64,000 bases of DNA. Source: Auanema rhodensis. Lineage: Eukaryota; Animalia; Nematoda. How positions within the stretch are numbered: position 1 is the first letter of the stretch; every line of letters begins with the position of its first letter. Location: the NCBI GenBank assembly GCA_964057225.1, contig OZ059894.1, forward strand, positions 2,480,001 through 2,544,000, in the 5' to 3' direction. Of the stretch, positions 10,701 through 23,866 are shown piece by piece. The translations under genes were made by a program, and so were the position numbers. The notes under the pieces were generated by a model. It saw only the letters and a program-made list of their open reading frames with translations, was not told the DNA's origin and ran no database searches.

Positions 10701-13700
10701 TATCTCGGTGCATTTTCAAGCTAGCGCAAATCTGATAACACAGATCGACGCAGCTTAAAAATCCGCATCAAATGCACTATACTACATTGAGAAACGCTTA
10801 ATACAAAAATTAGTTATGATCGTTTGAAAAATGATGCATTAGTGTATGTTGAGTTTCCATGTACACTCAACATTGCTTCCAAAAACATTTTGACAAAAAT
10901 TTTTTCGAAAAATTTCAGAATAATTTAGCAAAAAGTAGATGTTTTTAGATTCCTTTTTTCAAGGCAAAGACGATGGACATTGTTATTCAACGAAAAAATT
11001 AATTCTTCAGGGTGAAAATCGAGGATATAAGTGTGAACATATATCAGTTGATATCTCGGTGCATTTTTAAGCTAGCGCAAATCTGATAACACAGACCGAC
11101 GCAGCTTAAAAATCCGCATCGAATGCACTATTCTACATTGAGAAACGCTCAATACAAAAATTAGTTATGATCGTTTGAAAAATGATGCATTAGTGTATGT
11201 TGAGTTTCCATGTACAATCAACATTGCTTCCAAAAACATTTTGACAAAAATTTTTTCGAAAAATTTCAAAATAATTTAGCAAAAAGTAGATGTTTTTAGA
11301 TTCCGTTTTTCAAGGCAAAGACGATGGACGATGTTATTCAACGAAAAAATTAATTCTTCAGGGTGAAAATCGAGGATATAAGTGTGAACTTATATCAGTT
11401 GATATCTCGGTGCATTTTTAAGCTAGCGCAAATCTGATAACACAGATCAACGCAGCTTAAAAATCCGCATCGAATGCACTATTCTACATTGAGAAACGCT
11501 CAATACAAAAATTAGTTATGATCGTTTGAAAAATGATGAATTAGTGTATGTTGAGTTTCCATGTACACTCAACATTGCTTCCAAAAACATTTTGACAAAA
11601 ATTTTTTCGAGAAATTTCAGAATAATTTAGCAAAAAGTAGATGTTTTTAGATTCCTTTTTTCAAGGCGAAGACGATGGACATTGTTATTCAACGAAAAAA
11701 TTAATTCTTCAGGGTGAAAATCGAGGATATAAGTGTGAACTTATATCAGTTGATATCTCGGTGCATTTTTAAGCTAGCGCAAATCTGATAACACAGATCG
11801 ACGCAGCTTAAAAATCCGCATCGAATGCACTATACTACATTGAGAAACGCTTAATACAAAAATTAGTTATGATCGTTTGAAAAATGATGCATTAGTGTAT
11901 GTTGAGTTTCCATGTACACTCAACATTGCTTCCAAAAACATTTTGACAAAAATTTTTTCGAAAAATTTCAAAATAATTTAGCAAAAAGTAGATGTTTTTA
12001 GATTCCTTTTTTTAAGGCAAAGACGATGGACAATGTTATTCAACGAAAAAATTAATTCTTCAGGGTGAAAATCGAGGATATAAGTGTGAACTTATATCAG
12101 TTGATATCTCGGTGCATTTTTAAGCTAGCGCAAATCTGATAACACAGATCGATGCAGCTTAAAAATCCGCATCGAATGCACTATACTACATTGAGAAACG
12201 CTTAATACAAAAATTAGTTATGATCGTTTGAAAAATGATGAATTAGTGTATGTTGAGTTTCCATGTACACTCAACATTGCTTCCAAAAACATTTTGACAA
12301 AAATTTTTTCGAAAAATTTCAAGATAATTTAGCAAAAAGTAGATGTTTTTAGATTCCGTTTTTCAAGGCAAAGACGATGGACGATGTTATTCAACGAAAA
12401 AATTAATTCTTCAGGGTGAAAATCGAGGATATAAGTGTGAACTTATATCAGTTGATATCTCGGTGCATTTTTACGCTAGCGCAAATCTGATAACACAGAT
12501 CGACGCAGCTTAAAAATCCGCTTCGAATGCACTATACTACATTGAGAAACGCTCAATACAAAAATTAGTTATGATCGTTTGAAAAATGATGCATTAGTGT
12601 ATGTTGAGTTTCCATGTACACTCAACATTGCTTCCAAAAACATTTTGACAAAAATTTTTTCGAAAAATTTCAGAATAATTTAGCAAAAAGTAGATGTTTT
12701 TAGATTCCTTTTTTCAAGGCAAAGACGATGGACATTGTTATTCAACGAAAAAATTAATTCTTCAGGGTGAAAATCGAGGATATAAGTGTGAACATATATC
12801 AGTTGATATCTCGGTGCATTTTTAAGCTAGCGCAAATCTGATAACACAGACCGACGCAGCTTAAAAATCCGCATCGAATGCACTATTCTACATTGAGAAA
12901 CGCTCAATACAAAAATTAGTTATGATCGTTTGAAAAATGATGCATTAGTGTATGTTGAGTTTCCATGTACAATCAACATTGCTTCCAAAAACATTTTGAC
13001 AAAAATTTTTTCGAAAAATTTCAAAATAATTTAGCAAAAAGTAGATGTTTTTAGATTTCGTTTTTCAAGGCAAAGACGATGGACGATGTTATTCAACGAA
13101 AAAATTAATTCTTCAGGGTGAAAATCGAGGATATAAGTGTGAACTTATATCAGTTGATATCTCGGTGCATTTTTAAGCTAGCGCAAATCTGATAACACAG
13201 ATCGACGCAGCTTAAAAATCCGCATCGAATGCACTATACTACATTGAGAAACGCTCAATACAAAAATTAGTTATGATGGTTTGAAAAATGATGAATTAGT
13301 GTATGTTGAGTTTCCATGTACACTCAACATTGCTTCCAAAAACATTTTGACAAAAATTTTTTCGAGAAATTTCAAAATAATTTAGCAAAAAGTAGATGTT
13401 TTTAGATTCCTTTTTTTAAGGCAAAGACGATGGACAATGTTATTCAACGAAAAAATTGATTCTTCAGGGTGAAAATCGAGGATATAAGTGTGAACTTATA
13501 TCAGTTGATATCTCGGTGCATTTTTAAGCTAGCGCAAATCTGATAACACAGATCGACGCAGCTTAAAAATCCGCTTCGAATGCACTATACTACATTGAGA
13601 AACGCTCAATACAAAAATTAGTTATGATCGTTTGAAAAATGATGAATTAGTGTATGTTGAGTTTCCATGTACACTCAACATTGCTTCCAAAAACATTTTG

Positions 13701-14720
13701 ACAAAAATTTTTTCGAAAAATTTCAGAATAATTTAGCAAAAAGTAGATGTTTTTAGATTCCTTTTTTCAAGGCAAAGACGATGGACATTGTTATTCAACG
13801 AAAAAATTAATTCTTCAGGGTGAAAATCGAGGATATAAGTGTGAACTTATATCAGTTGATATCTCGGTGCATTTTTAAGCTAGCGCAAATCTGATAACAC
13901 AGATCGACGCAGCTTAAAAATCCGCATCGAATGCACTATACTACATTGAGAAACGCTCAATACAAAAATTAGTTATGATCGTTTGAAAAATGATGCATTA
14001 GTGTATGTTGAGTTTCCATGTACACTCAACATAGCTTCCAAAAACATTTTGACAAAAATTTTTTCGAAAAATTTCAAAATAATTTAGCAAAAAGTAGATG
14101 TTTTTAGATTCCTTTTTTCAAGGCAAAGACGATGGACAATGTTATTCAACGAAAAAATTAATTCTTCAGGGTGAAAATCGAGGATATAAGTGTGAACTTA
14201 TATCAGTTGATATCTCGGTGCATTTTTAAGCTAGCGCAAATCTGATAACACAGAACGACGCAGCTTAAAAATCCGCATCGAATGCACTATACTACATTGA
14301 GAAACGCTTAATACAAAAATTAGTTATGATCGTTTGAAAAATGATGCATTAGTGTATGTTGAGTTTCCATGTACACTCAACATTGCTTCCAAAAACATTT
14401 TGACAAAAATTTTTTCGAAAAATTTCAAAATAATTTAGCAAAAAGTAGATGTTTTTAGATTCCTTTTTTTAAGGCAAAGACGATGGACAATGTTATTCAA
14501 CGAAAAAATTAATTCTTCAGGGTGAAAATCGAGGATATAAGTGTGAACTTATATCAGTTGATATCTCGGTGCATTTTTAAGCTAGCGCAAATCTGATAAC
14601 ACAGATCGACGCAGCTTAAAAATCCGCATCGAATGCACTATACTACATTGAGAAACGCTCAATACAAAAATTAGTTATGATCGTTTGAAAAATGATGCAT
14701 TAGTGTATGTTGAGTTTCCA
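1756..14720 (+). repeat. Large internal segmental duplication of the array (~1756-8400 copied at ~9126-14720)
   Basis: Rare variants recur at offset 7370 (21 monomers -1 bp): GGACTATG 1851/9221, TTCAGA+T9 2171/9541, TTAGATTTCG 5681/13051, TTATGATGGT 5901/13271. They then recur at offset 6317 (18 monomers -1 bp): ATTGATTC 7141/13458 and CAGAACG ~7937/~14254. Confidence 0.9.
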
Positions 14721-14740
14721 TGTACACTCAACATAGCTTC

Positions 14741-17548
14741 CAAAAACATTTTGACAAAAATTTTTTCGAAAAATTTCAAAATAATTTAGCAAAAAGTAGA
14801 TGTTTTTAGATTCCTTTTTTCAAGGCAAAGACGATGGACGATGTTATTCAACGAAAAAATTAATTCTTCAGGGTGAAAATCGAGGATATAAGTGTGAACT
14901 TATATCAGTTGATATCTCGGTGCATTTTTAAGCTAGCGCAAATCTGATAACACAGATCGACGCAGCTTAAAAATCCGCTTCGAATGCACTATACTACATT
15001 GAGAAACGCTCAATACAAAAATTAGTTATGATCGTTTGAAAAATGATGCATTAGTGTATGTTGAGTTTCCATGTACACTCAACATAGCTTCCAAAAACAT
15101 TTTGACAAAAATTTTTTCGAAAAATTTCAAAATAATTTAGCAAAAAGTAGATGTTTTTAGATTCCTTTTTTCAAGGCAAAGACGATGGACAATGTTATTC
15201 AACGAAAAAATTAATTCTTCAGGGTGAAAATCGAGGATATAAGTGTGAACTTATATCAGTTGATATCTCGGTGCATTTTTAAGCTAGCGCAAATCTGATA
15301 ACACAGATCGACGCAGCTTAAAAATCCGCATCGAATGCACTATACTACATTGAGAAACGCTCAATACAAAAATTAGTTATGATCGTTTGAAAAATGATGC
15401 ATTAGTGTATGTTGAGTTTCCATGTACACTCAACATAGCTTCCAAAAACATTTTGACAAAAATTTTTTCGAAAAATTTCAAAATAATTTAGCAAAAAGTA
15501 GATGTTTTTAGATTCCTTTTTTCAAGGCAAAGACGATGGACGATGTTATTCAACGAAAAAATTAATTCTTCAGGGTGAAAATCGAGGATATAAGTGTGAA
15601 CTTATATCAGTTGATATCTCGGTGCATTTTTAAGCTAGCGCAAATCTGATAACACAGATCGACGCAGCTTAAAAATCCGCTTCGAATGCACTATACTACA
15701 TTGAGAAACGCTCAATACAAAAATTAGTTATGATCGTTTGAAAAATGATGAATTAGTGTATGTTGAGTTTCCATGTACACTCAACATTGCTTCCAAAAAC
15801 ATTTTGACAAAAATTTTTTCGAAAAATTTCAAAATAATTTAGCAAAAAGTAGATGTTTTTAGATTCCTTTTTTTAAGGCAAAGACGATGGACAATGTTAT
15901 TCAACGAAAAAATTAATTCTTCAGGGTGAAAATCGAGGATATAAGTGTGAACATATATCAGTTGATATCTCGGTGCATTTTTAAGCTAGCGCAAATCTGA
16001 TAACACAGATCGACGCAGCTTAAAAATCCGCATCGAATGCACTATTCTACATTGAGAAACGCTCAATACAAAAATTAGTTATGATCGTTTGAAAAATGAT
16101 GCATTAGTGTATGTTGAGTTTCCATGTACACTCAACATAGCTTCCAAAAACATTTTGACAAAAATTTTTTCGAAAAATTTCAAAATAATTTAGCAAAAAG
16201 TAGATGTTTTTAGATTCCTTTTTTCAAGGCAAAGACGATGGACGATGTTATTCAACGAAAAAATTAATTCTTCAGGGTGAAAATCGAGGATATAAGTGTG
16301 AACTTATATCAGTTGATATCTCGGTGCATTTTTAAGCTAGCGCAAATCTGATAACACAGATCGACGCAGCTTAAAAATCCGCTTCGAATGCACTATACTA
16401 CATTGAGAAACGCTCAATACAAAAATTAGTTATGATCGTTTGAAAAATGATGCATTAGTGTATGTTGAGTTTCCATGTACACTCAACATAGCTTCCAAAA
16501 ACATTTTGACAAAAATTTTTTCGAAAAATTTCAAAATAATTTAGCAAAAAGTAGATGTTTTTAGATTCCTTTTTTCAAGGCAAAGACGATGGACAATGTT
16601 ATTCAACGAAAAAATTAATTCTTCAGGGTGAAAATCGAGGATATAAGTGTGAACTTATATCAGTTGATATCTCGGTGCATTTTTAAGCTAGCGCAAATCT
16701 GATAACACAGATCGACGCAGCTTAAAAATCCGCATCGAATGCACTATACTACATTGAGAAACGCTCAATACAAAAATTAGTTATGATCGTTTGAAAAATG
16801 ATGCATTAGTGTATGTTGAGTTTCCATGTACACTCAACATAGCTTCCAAAAACATTTTGACAAAAATTTTTTCGAAAAATTTCAAAATAATTTAGCAAAA
16901 AGTAGATGTTTTTAGATTCCTTTTTTCAAGGCAAAGACGATGGACGATGTTATTCAACGAAAAAATTAATTCTTCAGGGTGAAAATCGAGGATATAAGTG
17001 TGAACTTATATCAGTTGATATCTCGGTGCATTTTTAAGCTAGCGCAAATCTGATAACACAGATCGACGCAGCTTAAAAATCCGCTTCGAATGCACTATAC
17101 TACATTGAGAAACGCTCAATACAAAAATTAGTTATGATCGTTTGAAAAATGATGAATTAGTGTATGTTGAGTTTCCATGTACACTCAACATTGCTTCCAA
17201 AAACATTTTGACAAAAATTTTTTCGAAAAATTTCAAAATAATTTAGCAAAAAGTAGATGTTTTTAGATTCCTTTTTTTAAGGCAAAGACGATGGACAATG
17301 TTATTCAACGAAAAAATTAATTCTTCAGGGTGAAAATCGAGGATATAAGTGTGAACATATATCAGTTGATATCTCGGTGCATTTTTAAGCTAGCGCAAAT
17401 CTGATAACACAGACCGACGCAGCTTAAAAATCCGCATCGAATGCACTATTCTACATTGAGAAACGCTCAATACAAAAATTAGTTATGATCGTTTGAAAAA
17501 TGATGCATTAGTGTATGTTGAGTTTCCATGTACACTCAACATAGCTTC
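14741..17548 (+). repeat. 4-monomer higher-order repeat x2 (1404 bp)
   Basis: The order of GGACGATG/GCTTCG, CAACATAG and TTTAAGG/GAACATA/CTATTC variants repeats at offset 1404. Confidence 0.8.
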
Positions 17549-20500
17549 CAAAAACATTTTGACAAAAATTTTTTCGAAAAATTTCAAAATAATTTAGCAA
17601 AAAGTAGATGTTTTTAGATTCCTTTTTTCAAGGCAAAGACGATGGACGATGTTATTCAACGAAAAAATTAATTCTTCAGGGTGAAAATCGAGGATATAAG
17701 TGTGAACTTATATCAGTTGATATCTCGGTGCATTTTTAAGCTAGCGCAAATCTGATAACACAGATCGACGCAGCTTAAAAATCCGCTTCGAATGCACTAT
17801 ACTACATTGAGAAACGCTCAATACAAAAATTAGTTATGATCGTTTGAAAAATGATGAATTAGTGTATGTTGAGTTTCCATGTACACTCAACATTGCTTCC
17901 AAAAACATTTTGACAAAAATTTTTTCGAAAAATTTCAAAATAATTTAGCAAAAAGTAGATGTTTTTAGATTCCTTTTTTTAAGGCAAAGACGATGGACAA
18001 TGTTATTCAACGAAAAAATTAATTCTTCAGGGTGAAAATCGAGGATATAAGTGTGAACATATATCAGTTGATATCTCGGTGCATTTTTAAGCTAGCGCAA
18101 ATCTGATAACACAGACCGACGCAGCTTAAAAATCCGCATCGAATGCACTATTCTACATTGAGAAACGCTCAATACAAAAATTAGTTATGATCGTTTGAAA
18201 AATGATGCATTAGTGTATGTTGAGTTTCCATGTACAATCAACATTGCTTCCAAAAACATTTTGACAAAAATTTTTTCGAAAAATTTCAAAATAATTTAGC
18301 AAAAAGTAGATGTTTTTAGATTCCGTTTTTCAAGGCAAAGACGATGGACGATGTTATTCAACGAAAAAATTAATTCTTCAGGGTGAAAATCGAGGATATA
18401 AGTGTGAACTTATATCAGTTGATATCTCGGTGCATTTTTAAGCTAGCGCAAATCTGATAACACAGATCGACGCAGCTTAAAAATCCGCATCGAATGCACT
18501 ATACTACATTGAGAAACGCTCAATACAAAAATTAGTTATGATCGTTTGAAAAATGATGAATTAGTGTATGTTGAGTTTCCATGTACACTCAACATTGCTT
18601 CCAAAAACATTTTGACAAAAATTTTTTCGAGAAATTTCAAAATAATTTAGCAAAAAGTAGATGTTTTTAGATTCCTTTTTTCAAGGCGAAGACGATGGAC
18701 ATTGTTATTCAACGAAAAAATTAATTCTTCAGGGTGAAAATCGAGGATATAAGTGTGAACTTATATCAGTTGATATCTCGGTGCATTTTTAAGCTAGCGC
18801 AAATCTGATAACACAGATCGACGCAGCTTAAAAATCCGCATCGAATGCACTATACTACATTGAGAAACGCTCAATACAAAAATTAGTTATGATCGTTTGA
18901 AAAATGATGCATTAGTGTATGTTGAGTTTCCATGTACACTCAACATTGCTTCCAAAAACATTTTGACAAAAATTTTTTCGAAAAATTTCAAAATAATTTA
19001 GCAAAAAATAGATGTTTTTAGATTCCTTTTTTTAAGGCAAAGACGATGGACAATGTTATTCAATGAAAAAATTAATTCTTCAGGGTGAAAATCGAGGATA
19101 TAAGTGTGAACTTATATCAGTTGATATCTCGGTGCATTTTCAAGCTAGCGCAAATCTGATAACACAGATCGACGCAGCTTAAAAATCCGCATCAAATGCA
19201 CTATACTACATTGAGAAACGCTTAATACAAAAATTAGTTATGATCGTTTGAAAAATGATGCATTAGTGTATGTTGAGTTTCCATGTACACTCAACATTGC
19301 TTCCAAAAACATTTTGACAAAAATTTTTTCGAAAAATTTCAAAATAATTTAGCAAAAAGTAGATGTTTTTAGATTCCTTTTTTCAAGGCAAAGACGATGG
19401 ACATTGTTATTCAACGAAAAAATCAATTCTTCAGGGTGAAAATTGAGGATCTAAGTGTGAACTTATATCAGTTGATATCTCGGTGCATTTTTAAGCTAGC
19501 GCAAATCTGATAACACAGATCGACGCAGCTTAAAAATCCGCATCGAATGCACTATACTACATTGAGAAACGCTCAATACAAAAATTAGTTATGATCGTTT
19601 GAAAAATGATGCATTAGTGTATGTTGAGTTTCCATGTACACTCAACATAGCTTCCAAAAACATTTTGACAAAAATTTTTTCGAAAAATTTCAAAATAATT
19701 TAGCAAAAAGTAGATGTTTTTAGATTCCTTTTTTCAAGGCAAAGACGATGGACGATGTTATTCAACGAAAAAATTAATTCTTCAGGGTGAAAATCGAGGA
19801 TATAAGTGTGAACTTATATCAGTTGATATCTCGGTGCATTTTTAAGCTAGCGCAAATCTGATAACACAGATCGACGCAGCTTAAAAATCCGCTTCGAATG
19901 CACTATACTACATTGAGAAACGCTCAATACAAAAATTAGTTATGATCGTTTGAAAAATGATGAATTAGTGTATGTTGAGTTTCCATGTACACTCAACATT
20001 GCTTCCAAAAACATTTTGACAAAAATTTTTTCGAAAAATTTCAAAATAATTTAGCAAAAAGTAGATGTTTTTAGATTCCTTTTTTTAAGGCAAAGACGAT
20101 GGACAATGTTATTCAACGAAAAAATTAATTCTTCAGGGTGAAAATCGAGGATATAAGTGTGAACATATATCAGTTGATATCTCGGTGCATTTTTAAGCTA
20201 GCGCAAATCTGATAACACAGACCGACGCAGCTTAAAAATCCGCATCGAATGCACTATTCTACATTGAGAAACGCTCAATACAAAAATTAGTTATGATCGT
20301 TTGAAAAATGATGCATTAGTGTATGTTGAGTTTCCATGTACAATCAACATTGCTTCCAAAAACATTTTGACAAAAATTTTTTCGAAAAATTTCAAAATAA
20401 TTTAGCAAAAAGTAGATGTTTTTAGATTCCGTTTTTCAAGGCAAAGACGATGGACGATGTTATTCAACGAAAAAATTAATTCTTCAGGGTGAAAATCGAG

Positions 20501-23500
20501 GATATAAGTGTGAACTTATATCAGTTGATATCTCGGTGCATTTTTAAGCTAGCGCAAATCTGATAACACAGATCGACGCAGCTTAAAAATCCGCATCGAA
20601 TGCACTATACTACATTGAGAAACGCTCAATACAAAAATTAGTTATGATCGTTTGAAAAATGATGAATTAGTGTATGTTGAGTTTCCATGTACACTCAACA
20701 TTGCTTCCAAAAACATTTTGACAAAAATTTTTTCGAGAAATTTCAAAATAATTTAGCAAAAAGTAGATGTTTTTAGATTCCTTTTTTCAAGGCGAAGACG
20801 ATGGACATTGTTATTCAACGAAAAAATTAATTCTTCAGGGTGAAAATCGAGGATATAAGTGTGAACTTATATCAGTTGATATCTCGGTGCATTTTTAAGC
20901 TAGCGCAAATCTGATAACACAGATCGACGCAGCTTAAAAATCCGCATCGAATGCACTATACTACATTGAGAAACGCTCAATACAAAAATTAGTTATGATC
21001 GTTTGAAAAATGATGCATTAGTGTATGTTGAGTTTCCATGTACACTCAACATTGCTTCCAAAAACATTTTGACAAAAATTTTTTCGAAAAATTTCAAAAT
21101 AATTTAGCAAAAAATAGATGTTTTTAGATTCCTTTTTTTAAGGCAAAGACGATGGACAATGTTATTCAATGAAAAAATTAATTCTTCAGGGTGAAAATCG
21201 AGGATATAAGTGTGAACTTATATCAGTTGATATCTCGGTGCATTTTCAAGCTAGCGCAAATCTGATAACACAGATCGACGCAGCTTAAAAATCCGCATCA
21301 AATGCACTATACTACATTGAGAAACGCTCAATACAAAAATTAGTTATGATCGTTTGAAAAATGATGCATTAGTGTATGTTGAGTTTCCATGTACACTCAA
21401 CATAGCTTCCAAAAACATTTTGACAAAAATTTTTTCGAAAAATTTCAAAATAATTTAGCAAAAAGTAGATGTTTTTAGATTCCTTTTTTCAAGGCAAAGA
21501 CGATGGACATTGTTATTCAACGAAAAAATCAATTCTTCAGGGTGAAAATTGAGGATCTAAGTGTGAACTTATATCAGTTGATATCTCGGTGCATTTTTAA
21601 GCTAGCGCAAATCTGATAACACAGATCGACGCAGCTTAAAAATCCGCATCGAATGCACTATACTACATTGAGAAACGCTCAATACAAAAATTAGTTATGA
21701 TCGTTTGAAAAATGATGCATTAGTGTATGTTGAGTTTCCATGTACACTCAACATAGCTTCCAAAAACATTTTGACAAAAATTTTTTCGAAAAATTTCAAA
21801 ATAATTTAGCAAAAAGTAGATGTTTTTAGATTCCTTTTTTCAAGGCAAAGACGATGGACGATGTTATTCAACGAAAAAATTAATTCTTCAGGGTGAAAAT
21901 CGAGGATATAAGTGTGAACTTATATCAGTTGATATCTCGGTGCATTTTTAAGCTAGCGCAAATCTGATAACACAGATCGACGCAGCTTAAAAATCCGCTT
22001 CGAATGCACTATACTACATTGAGAAACGCTCAATACAAAAATTAGTTATGATCGTTTGAAAAATGATGAATTAGTGTATGTTGAGTTTCCATGTACACTC
22101 AACATTGCTTCCAAAAACATTTTGACAAAAATTTTTTCGAAAAATTTCAAAATAATTTAGCAAAAAGTAGATGTTTTTAGATTCCTTTTTTTAAGGCAAA
22201 GACGATGGACAATGTTATTCAACGAAAAAATTAATTCTTCAGGGTGAAAATCGAGGATATAAGTGTGAACATATATCAGTTGATATCTCGGTGCATTTTT
22301 AAGCTAGCGCAAATCTGATAACACAGACCGACGCAGCTTAAAAATCCGCATCGAATGCACTATTCTACATTGAGAAACGCTCAATACAAAAATTAGTTAT
22401 GATCGTTTGAAAAATGATGCATTAGTGTATGTTGAGTTTCCATGTACAATCAACATTGCTTCCAAAAACATTTTGACAAAAATTTTTTCGAAAAATTTCA
22501 AAATAATTTAGCAAAAAGTAGATGTTTTTAGATTCCGTTTTTCAAGGCAAAGACGATGGACGATGTTATTCAACGAAAAAATTAATTCTTCAGGGTGAAA
22601 ATCGAGGATATAAGTGTGAACTTATATCAGTTGATATCTCGGTGCATTTTTAAGCTAGCGCAAATCTGATAACACAGATCGACGCAGCTTAAAAATCCGC
22701 ATCGAATGCACTATACTACATTGAAAAACGCTCAATACAAAAATTAGTTATGATCGTTTGAAAAATGATGAATTAGTGTATGTTGAGTTTCCATGTACAC
22801 TCAACATTGCTTCCAAAAACATTTTGACAAAAATTTTTTCGAGAAATTTCAAAATAATTTAGCAAAAAGTAGATGTTTTTAGATTCCTTTTTTCAAGGCG
22901 AAGACGATGGACATTGTTATTCAACGAAAAAATTAATTCTTCAGGGTGAAAATCGAGGATATAAGTGTGAACTTATATCAGTTGATATCTCGGTGCATTT
23001 TTAAGCTAGCGCAAATCTGATAACACAGATCGACGCAGCTTAAAAATCCGCATCGAATGCACTATACTACATTGAGAAACGCTCAATACAAAAATTAGTT
23101 ATGATCGTTTGAAAAATGATGCATTAGTGTATGTTGAGTTTCCATGTACACTCAACATTGCTTCCAAAAACATTTTGACAAAAATTTTTTCGAAAAATTT
23201 CAAAATAATTTAGCAAAAAATAGATGTTTTTAGATTCCTTTTTTCAAGGCAAAGACGATGGACAATGTTATTCAACGAAAAAATTAATTCTTCAGGGTGA
23301 AAATCGAGGATATAAGTGTGAACTTATATCAGTTGATATCTCGGTGCATTTTCAAGCTAGCGCAAATCTGATAACACAGATCGACGCAGCTTAAAAATCC
23401 GCATCAAATGCACTATACTACATTGAGAAACGCTTAATACAAAAATTAGTTATGATCGTTTGAAAAATGATGCATTAGTGTATGTTGAGTTTCCATGTAC

Positions 23501-23866
23501 ACTCAACATTGCTTCCAAAAACATTTTGACAAAAATTTTTTCGAAAAATTTCAAAATAATTTAGCAAAAAGTAGATGTTTTTAGATTCCTTTTTTCAAGG
23601 CAAAGACGATGGACATTGTTATTCAACGAAAAAATCAATTCTTCAGGGTGAAAATCGAGGATCTAAGTGTGAACTTATATCAGTTGATATCTCGGTGCAT
23701 TTTTAAGCTAGCGCAAATCTGATAACACAGATCGACGCAGCTTAAAAATCCGCATCGAATGCACTATACTACATTGAGAAACGCTCAATACAAAAATTAG
23801 TTATGATCGTTTGAAAAATGATGCATTAGTGTATGTTGAGTTTCCATGTACACTCAACATTGCTTC
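17549..23866 (+). repeat. 6-monomer higher-order repeat x3 (2106 bp)
   Basis: GCAAAAAATAG at 19001/21107/23213 and CCGTTT at 18323/20429/22535, all at offset 2106. Confidence 0.9.
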
